From Macrostomum lignano (Eukaryota), in the NCBI GenBank assembly GCA_002269645.1, contig NIVC01002572.1:1-64000 (forward strand): a stretch of 64,000 nt of DNA. The letters run 5' to 3'. The position numbers were made by a program, and so were the translations under genes. Under the pieces are notes generated by a model that did no database searches, was not told the DNA's origin, and saw only the letters and a list, made by a program, of their open reading frames with translations. This document shows, piece after piece, positions 33,051-46,744 of the stretch. Numbering within the stretch: position 1 is the stretch's first letter; each line of letters opens with the position of its first letter.

Positions 33051-34435
33051 ACACACAAGTCTACAACCAGACGTTTCATTTCCAATTGGATCGTGAAAAA
33101 AGAGGTAGCGGCTGGATAGCAAACAGGAATGCAGTATTAAGCACCTTCTTTTGCACAAAGGAAGTGAAACTTGCGTACACTATACACAACCAATGACAAG
33201 GAACTACAGAAGTTGTGTACGCCTAGAAGATCGAGCGTGGATCGGACCGAATTCCTGCTAGCGAAGTAAGTATACGAGAAACGACTTAATTAGCTTTTTA
33301 ACTCGTGTAAAAAATTGGGTAGGCCTATTGCTATTTGTTGTCATCGACCGATGCAGAAAGCACTGTTGCTGACCACAGCTGCAAGCTTCAATACACAGAT
33401 ACACAGGTGCATTCGTGCAGTGTATGTTTCTTAACCATCTGCAGACGGCCGAGATGCAGGGAATGCATTTTGGAAGAATCAAACATACTGAAAACTGCAA
33501 AAGGGACTGGCAGTCCTATCCTCACCTCGTTTCATTAAAATTACATGCAACTCGATATTGGCAAATTAATTTGCTGCTTTATCTGCAACTGCCGGCTCGA
33601 CACCGACAGCCTGAAGGTCGCCCTATTCAGGGGACTTTTAGTCCCCGCTCTATATTCCGCTCGGCAGTTGAGGTGCTGACCTTACGGGCTGGAGGCTGTT
33701 CCCATGACTTGCTGACTGCTACCCGCGTGCCGCCCAGGGCCGCACCTTGCAAAGGCGACGCCAGATGTTAAGGGGCCCCGCTCGCCGACCTGCACTCAGG
33801 CCACCCTGTTGAAGACTCCGTCGGAGCCATACTCGCTGCACCACTCTGGCGGATACTTTTCTCTCTGATTTACAGGCTGAGTCAGGCTCTGGGTCTCTCG
33901 TACTCCTCGGTCTGCAACTAAGGCGGGACTCAGCTGCTTTCCACCAGCGTGTGCTTCGCTGACCCCTGTGGCTGTCTGTTTAATAATAATAATGCTCATG
34001 TACAATACCAGCAGCGCAGACTTGTGCACCCTTACGCAGTGAGTTGTTACTCCCACTATGCGGCGGTCATCTATCATGTACCTACAGCGTCTTAACATTA
34101 TTGCACATACATTTTCTTACTTTTACTTTGCTAATGCCAGAACTATTTGATGCATGTACATGTACACTGATTAGATTTTAATATTCACCTCACTAAGCCA
34201 GATTCCCTGTTTATCCGCCCTACGTTGAAATAAATAAAATAGTGCGAGAAAAGGCATCCATTTTTGCGGGTATATTTAGCCATGGAACTACAACTCAACT
34301 TTTTTTAACAAACTGTGAAAATCTTAGATATAGACGATAACGGTTTGGCAAAAATAGTTTTCAAAGTCTTCGGAAAACGGTTATTACTCGTGAAACAGTT
34401 TTTTAGAAAACGTTTTTTAACCTCGATACTGAGAG

Positions 34436-34775
34436 GTTGGGGCTTCGCGATCGATATCGAGGGTTATGGGCTTCGCGATCGATATCGAGGGTTATGGGCT
34501 TCTCGATCGATATCGAGGGTTATGGGCTTCTCGATCGATATCGAGGGTTATGGGCTTCTCGATCGATATCGAGGGTTATGGGCTTCTCGGTCGATATCGA
34601 GGGTTATGGGCTTCGCGATCGATATCGAGGGTTATGGGCTTCTCGGTCGATATCGAGGGTTATGGGCTTCTCGATCGATATCGAGGGTTATGGGCTTCTC
34701 GATCGATATCGAGGGTTATGGGCTTCTCGGTCGATATCGAGGGTTATGGGCTTCTCGATCGATATTGAGGGTTTG
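34436..34775 (+). repeat. 28-bp CpG-rich minisatellite (TCTCGATCGATATCGAGGGTTATGGGCT)
   Basis: About 12 copies; contains the palindromes TCGATCGA and TCGATATCGA. Confidence 0.92.
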
Positions 34776-34870
34776 GGGCTAGGCGATTAATGGTATGGTT
34801 GGTGGAGCATTAATTTGCCATCAAAGCAAAAATGCAGCCAGTTCAACACGCCAAATACGTACTGCACCTG

Positions 34871-36530
34871 CTAGCTGTAGTATCTCACTCTAGGCTTGAA
34901 AGTCTCAGTGACATTAAACAGCGGCTTCCAGCTTTTCCTCATGTAATCATAGCCCAGGTGCAGGAAGCGGTGCACAGCCACAGTGCTGTTGTCAGAGTCA
35001 TCCATGCTCCAGTTCTTCAACTTCAGCATGCGACAGCCGCGATCCAGCCAGCGAAGAAGATTCTTTCTCTCGGGCGGTTCTGCAAAGAGGAGCGTTTCGT
35101 TTTTTGATCAGCGGAGAAAGGGGGTAGAGAGCGAACTAATTAGGGATTGGGAAAGGATATGCGAATCTAGAAGAGAGATCTACACAGGGGAGATCGCGGA
35201 GACAGTGGGATACAAGTGTGGACAAGAGTGAGAGGGGAGAGATTAGGAAGAGAGCGAATGTTAGCGGTTAGAAAGTGGAGATCAGCGGGTAGAGAGCGGA
35301 GATTAGCGGGTATGGGCGGAGATCGGAGCAGAAATGTATATAATCGGAAAGAAAGCGGAGACAAGCAGGAAATAATAATATGAGATATATGACTAGGAAT
35401 AGGAGGAAGAAAGAGAGAGAGGCAAGCGGTGAGATTACGTATAATAAACTGAAAGTCGCATTGCCCCGGCAATTCCAGCTATCTGCTCTCTGCATGCAGA
35501 ATACCAAGCTGGAGACTCACTGGCTCCGCGGCAGACACTCGTCCAGTTGGTCTGTCAGTCATCAGCAGGGAGGCCACGCTGGGTGGCAGCAGCGTCACCG
35601 GCCAGCTGCGGGCAGACCGGCTGTCTCTATAGTTCTTGTACACCTGTGTGAGAACCATCGGGCCAGTGGAGACGATAGCTGTACCGGGCAGCCTCTTGGC
35701 GAGCACTTTGTGCATCATGGATCTGAAGAAGGGATGCCCCGGCACCGAGCCCATCAGGGAGTTCATGGCGCTGAAATTGGCGTCATGAATGATTCTGGTC
35801 AGCTCCAGCCGCTCCTGGTCGATGAAGGCCGCCTGCTGGGTGAGGCTTGGTCCGAACGGCTTCACGCATTCGACGTCCATGTCCAGGTAGATGCCTGAAA
35901 GAAAGCAACAGTTGATAGGAAAATCTGAGAGGATTCTGATGGAGATCTGATTGAGATTCTGATGGAGATCTGATTGAGATTCTGATGGAGATCTGATTGA
36001 GATTCTGATGGATGATTCTAATGGGAATTCTGATGAAGATCTGGGAGGATTCTGATGGAGATCTGGGATGATTCTAATGGAGATTTGGGAGGATTCTGAT
36101 GGAGATCTGGGAAATTCTGATGGATATCTGTGAGGATTCTAATGGAGATTTGGGAGGATTATGATGGAGATCTGTGAGGATTCTGATGGAGATCTGGGAG
36201 AATTCGGACCAAGATATGAGCATTTTGGTGGAGATCTTGGATGCACCACATTTTGTGACTCCATAAAAAGTGCAAGTGCAGCACCTCCGAACCGGTGCAG
36301 GATGACGTATCGAACGGCATCGGAGTACTGCAGGTTGTATTTGAAGCTCAGGTAAGTCTTCAAGTATTGAGGATATTCCTTGGAGATGAGAGCCCTGGCA
36401 TCGGAGTCCCGCAGAATTTTAGGGATGTCGAAGGCAGCTGGGGGATTTTCTTGTCTGTGATTGGCAGCACCCTGTTGAACTCCATGAGAAGAGATTGGAT
36501 AGCTATGTGTTAGTTGACTATCTTCAGCTG
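34871..36530 (-). CDS. GT32-like (DxD) glycosyltransferase; exons ~36285-36530, 35521-35894, 34871-35079
   Basis: [16 protein letters not shown]...[15 protein letters not shown]|[30 protein letters not shown]. Two single-base indels are needed for a continuous frame; the 5' end is uncertain. Confidence 0.75.
35925..36200 (+). repeat. ~23-bp intronic minisatellite
   Basis: GGAGATC at 35941, 35964 and onward. Confidence 0.85.
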
Positions 36531-37569
36531 TTGCATGAGCCGCCGAGTTGATGTATTTGTAGCATAGTAGTGCCTGAAATTGCAGTGTAGTTTGAGTAAA
36601 ACATTAGCACAGTCTCTTCTCTTCACTTGACCCTCAATGAGGTAGGCAGTCGTAGGCACACAAGTTACCGACAGCGTCTTCTACCAGCAGCGTCTTCTAA
36701 AGCCACCGATCCAACCAACTGGCATGGGAACAATACCAGCTTCGCCATCAACGCGTCTTCGATCCTACTGGAGACAATACGGCTTTACCAAGCTACAGCG
36801 TAAGACAGCGTAAGACTGCCTCATCAGCATTAGCAGCCAGCATAATCTGCGGATCAGTTTGTCATCAGCCGCCTCCAGGCCTGCGCCCTCACAAATTCCC
36901 ATTTTGCTAACATATTATTAGATACTTGAGTCTGCGCCGACCGTATTTGGTCATTTACTTACTCAATAGCGAACTAAGTAATCATAGGGTTTACTATCCT
37001 TATTAAGCTGTTTAAATTTATTCGCCTAAATAATCAAATCCCTCGTTAATCAATCATAATAGCTTGCTAAGTCACTTCCTCGGGCAGTGAAGCATGGGGA
37101 AGCGGTGGACGGCTGTGAACAGGCTCCTGGGGGTGCCGCGAGTGTGAGAGCCTGAGCAGAGAGATCTACGAGGTAGCTATTAGGATTTGAAGGCCCGGGA
37201 AGCATCCCCACTCCTGAATGCAGGACCCTTCTCGCACCATTGAGCTTACGTTTCCATCATATTACTCTGAGTAGACTAGTACGCTGTTATTTTCGTCACA
37301 AAGGATCCCTGTTGAATCTGTAACAAGAAGCCTGTGACGGCGCCAACTTCTATGTGACCGTCTCAGCATTCCAGCTTGCATTTCCGCAAAGTCACCGAAA
37401 CGCGCTTAACTGCTGCGGTGGCCAACAACGGCAAGACCAAGCGTCGGCGAGTTGAAAGTCGGCGTAAGCGAAACTTACGAGGTCGGCAACGAGGTTCCGT
37501 CCGTCGAGCTGCTGCCATCCTTGGCCAACTGGATCTTCCAGGTGGCGCCGGAGAACGTGATGCTCACTG

Positions 37570-39000
37570 TCATTGAGCCCCAGCTGTACGAACTCGTCCC
37601 ACACTTCGAGTCGGGACGCTAAACTGCCGCACTCTCAAGGCCGCCTGGTGGAGAGGGCTGCTAGCGCAGCTATCGCTCGACCTTAGATGCGATGTCATAT
37701 CGGTGCAAGAGGTGTCTATCAGAGCCGACCCGGAATTCATTGTGAGGACCTGGGCGCCGGTTGGACCTTCTGGTACACGTCGGCGGACCAACGAGGGGAG
37801 TTGGAGCGCTGATCGGACCGAGGCTGCAGCAGAGCTGTCGCTGCATCTCTTTGTCTGGCCGGCTGCTTCGGGTCGACGTCCGGCTTCGCAGCCGGAACGC
37901 TCGTCTGTTCTGGATGTACGCGCCTCCTGCCATCCGACCTGACGAGGCTCAAGTCTTCTTCGAGCAGCTCTCGGCGCGGGTGGAGGAGACGGCACAGCGT
38001 GACACAGTGGTCGTCCTGACTGAGACTGAACGCGGTTTTTCGTAGGTCCGAGTGGTCGGTGCTTGTTACACCGCGCGAGAACGGCAAACACCGGAGCTCC
38101 TGAGGACTTCTTGGAGAGACAGGAAATGCAGGTTTCGGCCAACACCCGCTTCCGCAAGCTACCCGGCAGGCTCGCAACCTTCGTGGGCTGCAAGCGGAGG
38201 CGGAGGAATGCACGCGGCCGGAATGCGACGCGGAGGCAGGCACAGCTCGATCACGTGCTTGTGCGCTTTCGTGAGCGCTGCCGTGACGCCAACTGCCGCA
38301 ACATCACGCCGCTGGCTCTGCGGTCCGACCATCGGCTCCTCATCTGCGACCTGTGTGTACGCGATCCGCTTTACCGTCCGCCGAAGCGGCGCCTTCGCTA
38401 GCGCCTTCGTTAGCGCGCTTGGCGACAGGTGCGGGCGCGCCGAGTATACGGAGGTAAAAGCCGCGATTAGAACTGCATCGGAGCAAGCATTCCTGCTGAA
38501 GCAACCGGCCCAACGTAGGCAGCGGGTCTGGCAGGATGACCCTGCAATTCGGCAAGCGAGGACAGAGCTGGAGAGGCTCCGTCTGGCCAACTCTGTCTAC
38601 CTGCAGCTACAACAGGCCGCTGTTGACGACGCCATCCAGGTCACCACCGCTGGACCCTACGCCAAAGGGCGCGTGGCCTAGTCCGCCATCAGCGCTCTGA
38701 CCGAGTGAAAGCGGTGCATCCCACACAACCTGGCTGGCGATACTCCGGATGAGCGCAGAAATGAGCTGCGCGAGTTCTTCACCGCCATCGTCAATGCGCC
38801 ACCGCCCCCGCTGCCAAATGATCTGAGGCTGCCACCGGGGACGCCATTGAGTCTTGACGCCGAGAGTTTCAATGTAGCCACAGTCAGCACAGCCGACCTT
38901 GTTATACTCGCCATGAAGACTCCGGGCGGCAAAGTGCTGTGTCCAGACAAGGTGCCTATCCACGACTCGAAGGTGCGACTCCAGTGTGTGGCCAGCGAGG
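37570..39000 (+). pseudogene. Decayed non-LTR retrotransposon (RTE-like) AP-endonuclease region, truncated before RT
   Basis: GVGALIG, YAP, ANTRFRK..R..TF, QLDHVLVR and SDHRLL spread over several frames; KTPGGK.LCPD near 38930. Confidence 0.7.
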
Positions 39001-39849
39001 TGGCCAGTGAACATACGTGGTGATGCGCAAATGTATGTCCGTATTAAAAGTACTCGTAGTTCACTTTAATCATTTTAGGTGGTGCACCTGATTCAGCAAA
39101 AAAGACATTTGTCTATGGCCTGCTCTGCAGGCCTTCGGGCTTTTAAGCGATCTGACAGAACCAAGCTTGGGCGGAAAGTGGTTTTAAGTGACTCTTGTCA
39201 ATACCCTCGCACGAGATCATTTAAGCACGCTTAATAACATGCACATGTAGGTCCTTCGTGTAAAACAAACTACATAGATGAGCAACCCAAGTAGCATTAG
39301 TAATAACTAATTATTATAACTAAGTTATTAGTAATAACTTAGTGTTAAGATAAGTCATGACTTACATGCAAGCCATAGATGTACACGTAAATGTAGTCAA
39401 TGCAAAGCGCTCAGCAAATCGTTATCTGTTCAGGAAACATGGGATTGGCTTGCAGCTTACAAAAGCATTATTACTGTAGATACATGATGCCGAGTATAGT
39501 CTACCCAGTTCAGCTTCGGTATGTACAACCAGTTTAGTAAATTGACAAGAATGCTGCCAAACTGGTGTAACCTGTCCATTCCGCCAGCTCCACCGAGCAG
39601 GTACGCAAGCGAGCGGATACGTACGCAGTCATTCGCATGGGCGCACACAGGAGTGCACAGCGGCCGTAACTTTTTTATCCTTAGACGTGAACAACCTCAC
39701 CGTGTCTTAGGGTTGGCCCTCCAGGGCGTTAACTGCATCAACAGACCTAAGCCGCGATGTTCATTTAACCCCAAATTTATAATATGACTGCACAATTGGA
39801 ATCGAGTCTAGGCCGCTCGATCACAGTCATCAGAGTACCGCGCCAGACC

Positions 39850-40960
39850 ACTTAGGCTACAGCACCCTCACTGCTCCACTGTTTTCACCCTGACCAATGT
39901 AACGATATACAGATTTTTTCGGCAACAGTTGCGTAAGATGAAGTGCTGCGTAGCGGCTGAAGCTTAGTAAAATAATTGCTGCCGTGAAAGAAGCTTTTTG
40001 TAGTAGAAAAGTCCTGAGACGTAATCATAGGTCGAATTAGCCTAAGAACTCTTCTTAGTTCAGATCGCAAAGGATCAGATAATGCAATCCGCGGTCACGA
40101 AGTCTTAAACAAACAGTTTAAGAGTTTAACAGCGCTTAAGCTGTTACGCTAGGAATACTACCCCACAGCTAGTACTCTCCCTGACTCACTGTCCTCTCCC
40201 TGACTTACTACTGGCACCCTCCGGAGCCTATCCCCTCCCTGAGTCGCCGTCCCCTCCCTGACTCGATCACTGCCCCCTGACCATCCTGCACTTCCACTCA
40301 GTAATATTCAACTGAATCCTCTCTTGCATACTTCCTCTTTGCCCTCTTGCATACCTAATTCATACCAACCGTGCTACTGCTGTGGATCAGCCGCAAACCG
40401 CGTTAGCGTCAGATGTTATTATGGTATGTTTGCCGGCTGTAGATTGTTGCCGGAAATTAACGGATGCATTCGGCTATAGAAAAGAATCAAAACATGGTCC
40501 AACGTCGTACGGCGACAAGAACTCCGTTGCAACGCAGCTGAATGATTCTCCGATAATGAATTTTTATTTACCTGCATGGCGATTGACCGACGGAGATTCC
40601 AAAGTGCCGTTGAATGTCCGCACGAAAACAGATGAGAGACTTCGGCGAGTATAGTAGTGTTCCATCCTGCTTTCGAAGAGACGAATAAAAAAGCCTCAGA
40701 TATCATTAAAAATTCGATCTGATACATGCTCAAACTCTGGCAGAGTCCCTTCTCATTAAGGAACTGGCGGAACCTTGCCACGTGAAGTTTTTGCTGAGTC
40801 TCGGTCGATTTCGGCACAGATTCTTTCTCAATCCGTGGGTCCAGCATTTGAAGATCTTCTCTAGTTAGCTCAGGCAGCACTTCGGTACAGGACGACGCAT
40901 TCAAATTGTTAATCTCCTGAACAAAGCGATAGCGCGACTCTCGGATGACAAAAGCCAACT
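39850..40960 (-). pseudogene. Decayed Crypton-like tyrosine recombinase (ZMYM/KCTD1/QRICH1-type domain)
   Basis: PKSTETQQKLHV.RFR.FL.E, a shifted-frame YLRLFYSSLRKQDG..YSPKSL..RA.IQRH, and a distal LRST...HWSG.K segment. Confidence 0.55.
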
Positions 40961-41403
40961 CGTCCGTGGAGATTCCATATATATTTCTCCACCAGGAATC
41001 ATAGCTCCTTTTTCTATTGGTACATGTATTTAGAAATAAAGCTCAAAATCCACTAAAGAATTAATTTATGACAGGCTAATCGTCTTCACTGTCCTTTCCA
41101 ATTACCATAAATGATTGACTGATTCTCTTTACTGCTCTTTCAAAGTGCCACAGACAGAAGAGTTGTCTAGACATCCGGCAAACAATCATATTTAATACAA
41201 AAGAATACATTAATGGCATATGTAAATCAACTAGTCTGTATATTCTACAAATTCTCCTTAGCGAATCACCAGCAAATCCTGTTTAATCGGCGTTCTGAAG
41301 CACGGCATTCTCTTCGACCGCTCAGCAACGACCATAGCTACCCTCCCCCTGAGCCTGAGGAACTCAGCAGTCGGCGCTTTCTTCACAGTTTGTTTGTTTA
41401 AAC

Positions 41404-42912
41404 TAGGGGGCGACCGGGACGGCCAAAGTCGGGCCCGGGTCGGGCCCGGGAATGAGGACTCGGGCCCGGGTCGGGCCTCGGGAATTCGGGACAAGATCTT
41501 TAGGACAGCTCAATAATTGGAAAAAAATCATAATAAATCTTAATACTTTTAGCATATGCGGATTACTATTAAATATATAATAAATATATTAATATATTAA
41601 ATCTAATATAATATATTAAATGTATAATAAATATATGATAAACATTAAATATATTATAATATATGAATATATTAAATATATAATAATATATAAATATAAT
41701 ATATTATATTAAATATATAATAAATATTATTTTTATTTAATACATTAGTTAAGACTTCAGAATAGATAAGAGTTACATTAAAAGACTTAATACTCAAATA
41801 TCAATATACTCAATAGTTCAAATTCAATGTCACTGTGTGGCACAAGTACTGTGTGTGTGCCAGTGACAGTGACACTAACACTTAACAGGCAGTGAGGTAG
41901 GCAAGCAGGCACTGCGGTAGTGCGGCTGGCACTGGCAGTGGCAGTAAGCAAAAAGAAGAAAAGCTGAAGCATTAAGTGTAAGGCACTTGGCATTGGAAGC
42001 AGTAAGGAAGTAAGAACCAAATCAATTGATTGATTCTTTTATTTGAATTTTTAGTTCCTTTACATAGCTTCAATATAAAGAGCCATGTACACAGTCAGTA
42101 TTCAGTAAGACAACAAGACAAGACAACAGAACAGAACACAAGTGAAGTGACAACACAACACAACACTCAACTGTCTCAACAGAACAGGCAAACAGACAAT
42201 GGAAATACAAGTAATTAGCTGATACCTGCCTACCTGCTCACCTACCTACCTAAACGAATATGATTACGAATACGATACTGAGTCTACAACTACAACTACC
42301 TACGAATACAATACAAATATGAACACGATTACAAACTCTGATAGATAGCAAACTTCTTGGAAAAATGGTAGCCTTGGCCCTTAATAAGTACTTCTTGGAA
42401 CGTAAATAGGAAATGTTATTTACAAAAGCTTAAAAATGACAAATCAACTTTTTAAAGAATCATATTTTTGCTTTTAGCCTGCAGCCTGCAGCGTGTAAAG
42501 TGGAATCAATATTGCATCAACTATGTTTTAATTTTATCTTCCTGGAAAAAATCCGATCTTCCTGGAAAGTGGAAACTGGCTGTGGCTGACGCTCACGGTC
42601 ACAGACACTCACGCTTAGAGCCTACTACGAATCAATGATATTGCTACTTCACATCATATCATCTATTACTATTACTGCAGTCGTGCAGTGCTTGAGTCTT
42701 GAGTGCTGATGCAATGCTTAACTGAGTGTTGTGCTGTGCTGTGAATAAAAATAATTTTATTCTTATTTGCACGCAGTTAGTGCCTTTAGGGAAAAAAGAC
42801 TTGTCCCGATTTCCCGACTTTTTTAGGGTCGGGCCCGGGCCCGGGTCGGGCCACGATTTTGGTCGGGATTCCCGACTTTTCGGGCCCGGGCCCGGGACTG
42901 GGTCGCCCCCTA
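41404..42912. mobile_element. Non-autonomous hAT-like element, 1509 bp
   Basis: 12-bp TIR TAGGGGGCGACC/GGTCGCCCCCTA; GTTTAAAC at 41396-41403 and 42913-42920 (8-bp TSD); subterminal TCGGG/GGGCCC repeats; no ORF. Confidence 0.88.
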
Positions 42913-43746
42913 GTTTAAACTGACTTGGACTGTCGGAAATTCAGCAACGATTCAAACCCTAAAAATAACCGCTCCAAAAACTTCTCCCTAAGGCCTTGTC
43001 CTCAATCGTCTTTCGAGTTTCTCAATTGAATTGCTGATAGGCTGAATTGACTTCGACTTTGTTCAGAATTGGAGGTAAAATGATGTAGCTTAAGTCTATC
43101 TCTGTTTCTATATTTCTCTAGCTATATTATTAGTTTTCGTCGGCTCGTTGCCAAGGCAAATAAGCTTATGCCGGGGATGTAAGTAAGTATGAGGTATGCG
43201 AGCACATTTTGGGACATTAGCTGCTATTAAAAATACTATTAAAATATAAAGTACAAGTGTTTTCTACACTTGCTTTACCTTTCTCTCGAGCTTTCATCAG
43301 ACTTATATAGCCATATAGTAGGCCTGACTGCATTCAAAATTGTAAAAATTGGCAATTTCCTAGTTTCCCGCGTTAAATTAGGGGGCCTATTTTGTCCGAA
43401 AATTTAAAACAAACAAACAAACCAGTACACAAACCACCCATACACAAAGTCAACCAGCTGGCGCAACGTCAGGTGGCTTTTTTTTTCAAAGAAGCTACCC
43501 TTTCGGATAGAACTCTGCGTTCAACAGATAGGACAAGACTAGGCATATCCGTCTATATAGTCAGCTCCACCCCAACATTGAAACCGCATAGCTGGAGGTT
43601 CCTGACAATGGCTGTAGTTCCATGAGTTTGCTAGGCCTATTAGATGATGGTTGCCAGCCAATGCATAAACATAGTCAACTTAGCATCAACTATCAATAGT
43701 ACCAGATTGCAATGACTGATCTCAAGGTCACAGAGGTCAGTTGATG

Positions 43747-45098
43747 GGCTCCTGGACACTTCATCATCTAACCACTTTGTCATCTTGATGAAACAAAGTG
43801 ACCATGGTTTTTGGATGCTTTGTCATATCAAAAAATTGTTAGTAAATCTAGATGATAAAGTGACCAAATTTTGAGACACTTTGTCATTCCAAGATTTAGC
43901 AAGGCTATAAATTGTTATTCGATTGTTATTGTTATAAATTGTTACTCAATTAATTTAGTCCATAAAATATACTCGTAGGATTAAATACACACTTAGAGAT
44001 TCAACTTGTTGCTATAATTGGCATCCAATGTATACAATGTATACACAGTTTGCATAGGCCTATGCACAACTTTAATGTATGAGTACATACATGTAGATAC
44101 TAGTGCTCATTGTAATTTTATTTTATGTTCAAACTTGCCAAGCTCTAATAATTATTTTTGCTTCCTTGCTAAAGCCTACAATTGGCATTGTCACTTCTAC
44201 AACCCAGGGGAGGCAACAAAGTATGTGGCCATGGATTTTTCCTTGCTCCACTTGCAGGGACTTAACCAACCCTTCACATGTATACAATCTAAGCTAGAGT
44301 GTTTTCACTCCCTAAATATGCTTAAGCTATTAGCTATATATGCATTAGTGTCTATAAGTGCAACGTGCCAATTCTCCAACCAACTAACCATAGTGGCAGA
44401 TCCAAGAAGGGTGCAGGTCGCAGGTGCAAAGATAGTCACTTTACCCCTCATGACTGAAGTGGCCAGCCTATTCCCACCCAGAGTTTTATTATAAAATAGT
44501 GCATGAAATCATATATGAAATGCAAATACATGTAAGAAACAGCTAGTTTAGGCTCCTATAAGTGAAAATGGCAGACATCTGCATTTTTGCCCAGAGCCAG
44601 TTAGCAAAGAACAGCAAACAGCCCAACACTGAAAGCAGATTAAAAAGATTTTAACTGTCTTCTTTCCAGACAATTTTGAATCTTTTGGCAAAAACGCAAT
44701 CAAAATAAGTGAAGAATTGCGAGCTTTAAAGCATTATGGACATACAAACAAACAAACAAACAAATATTAGATATCTAGATAGATTTAGAAGGAAAGGATC
44801 GAATTAATTCTGCAGTAATTTAAATGTATAAGTCTTTATGCTATTCTCTTTGTGCTTTGTGAACTTTTTGATTTTTGTGCCTACATATAGCTACAAATTA
44901 CGAGTTGCATGTACAAGTTATATAGTTGCTTATATATATAGCAAAGTTTTTCATACAAAAAGTGGATGACAAAGTGTCCAGGGAGTAGATGACGAAGTGT
45001 TCACATTAATAATGTGAATGACAAAGTGGTAAGATGATGAAGTGTCCAACAATAAGAGTGGATGACGAAGTAGTAAGATGACAAAGTGTCCAGGAACC
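43747..45098. mobile_element. Non-autonomous TIR element (GG-start, ~8-bp TSD; Merlin-like, superfamily uncertain)
   Basis: TIR GGCTCCTGGACACTT / AAGTGTCCAGGAACC; flanks AGTTGATG / AGTTGATT; repeated subterminal GATGACAAAGTG motifs at both ends. Confidence 0.7.
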
Positions 45099-45757
45099 AG
45101 TTGATTGCTGCAAATTAGCAGGAGGTACAATATTTGCAGGTGCTTAAGGTCATTTAGCCATGATTTGTACTGAAAATGACAAAAATCAGGTCAAAATAAT
45201 TTAATGCGGGAAACTAGGACATTGCCTAAAAATTGAATGGCTGAAAAAGTGGACCAGTATCAAGTGGTAGGCCTAGTCAAAAATTAGATAACCAACTAGC
45301 AACTGAAGTTTTACCAAATAGGGCCACTATATGTCTACTAATGTGGCTAGAATTATGGCTACTATTGCTTTATAGTAGCTATATTCCATGTTTAGGCCTG
45401 AGCAATAGCAATAGGACCTAGTAATACAAAACAAAGCAAAATGACACTGAATTTAAATTTTTATTAAATTTTTTGCTAGTGAATTTTCTAAACTGCCAAA
45501 AAATTATTTGTGTATAATAATGCTTGCTAATTTATTTATTTAAATGTTATAATTATAAAAGTAAATATTAAATTTAACTATATAAATTAAATATTTAAAT
45601 AAATTATATTATTTAGGCCTATTAATTTTTATTAATGATAAGCCTAGGCAATATTCAATTCCAATGGCAATATACCAATTGATATTAATATCAATTAAAG
45701 CAAATTTATTTTATTTTAATATACAAAAGATAACACTATTCATTGTATCATTTACAC

Positions 45758-46744
45758 TTGTCTAAACTATATTACTGTATTTTTCTTTTTGGTACCTGTT
45801 AGCACCAGTGTTGGGCAAGTTACTCAAAAAAAGTAACTTGTGTTACTGTAACTTGAGTTACCAATTTTTAAAAAGTAACTTACGTTAGCCTAGTAACTTT
45901 AGACAAAAACCTGGTAACTTTTAAGTTACTGTCTGTTACTCACTTCCGTTACCCATGTTATTAACAAAATTTTCTGCTTCTTTCACATTACACATTTTTT
46001 CACATTGTTGTTACCGAAATTTGCCATTGGGCATTGGGATTATCCGATTTACAGACAGAGACAGGAATTGGCGACACGATGTGGGGCACGTAGAAGGACC
46101 AATGGGCAATGGCAATCAATAATTAAAATTATAAATGATAAAATAAACAAATATCAATAATTCAATAAAGTAAAATAAATAGAACTGTATAAAATGGTGT
46201 AGTGTACTGCAGTGCCAGTGGAGGGACTTGTGGAGGCTACAGATGAATTTCTTTCTTTGGTTGTTTGTTTGAATCAAACTTGAATATTTTTAGTAACGAA
46301 AATGAAAGGCAAAAATATTTTACCAAAATTAACAAAGTAAAAATGTTTCAAGTATTTCTTCATTAATTAAGCGCAATACCATATGATACTATTCACTTAA
46401 TTTTGAATTTAGGAATGAAAAATGCAAAAACATGTGAAAACTGGCGTACTAGCTAAGCATTTCAGTTTTAAATTTAAATATTGCGATTGTTGCAAAGTAA
46501 CTGTAACGGACTTTCGAAATTTGAGTAACTTACCATTACTCCGTTACTAAAATAAAAAAGTAACTTGCGTAAGGAACGCTTTACGAAAAAGTAACTTGCA
46601 TTACCATTTGCAAGTTACTCGGTAACAGAAGTGCCCAACACTGGTTAGCACCTAGTAGCTTATCATTATTAGCCAACTTACCAATTTAGCATACTAGCCA
46701 CTAACAGATGCCAAAAGAAAAGTACAGTAATATAGTTTAGACAA
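45758..46744. mobile_element. Short palindromic MITE split by a hAT insertion
   Basis: 45758-45803 is an imperfect reverse complement of 46699-46744. Confidence 0.65.
45806..46643. mobile_element. Non-autonomous hAT element, 838 bp
   Basis: 12-bp TIR CAGTGTTGGGCA; perfect 8-bp TSD GTTAGCAC (45798-45805, 46644-46651); many subterminal GTAAC/GTTAC motifs. Confidence 0.93.

Noticed and set aside
36348-36358. + strand CAG|GTAAGT donor
   Set aside because: It lies within the - strand glycosyltransferase exon, and no + strand exon precedes it.
44018-44494. 158-aa + strand ORF inside the TIR element as a transposase
   Set aside because: Non-ATG start and no DDE or other recognisable motif.
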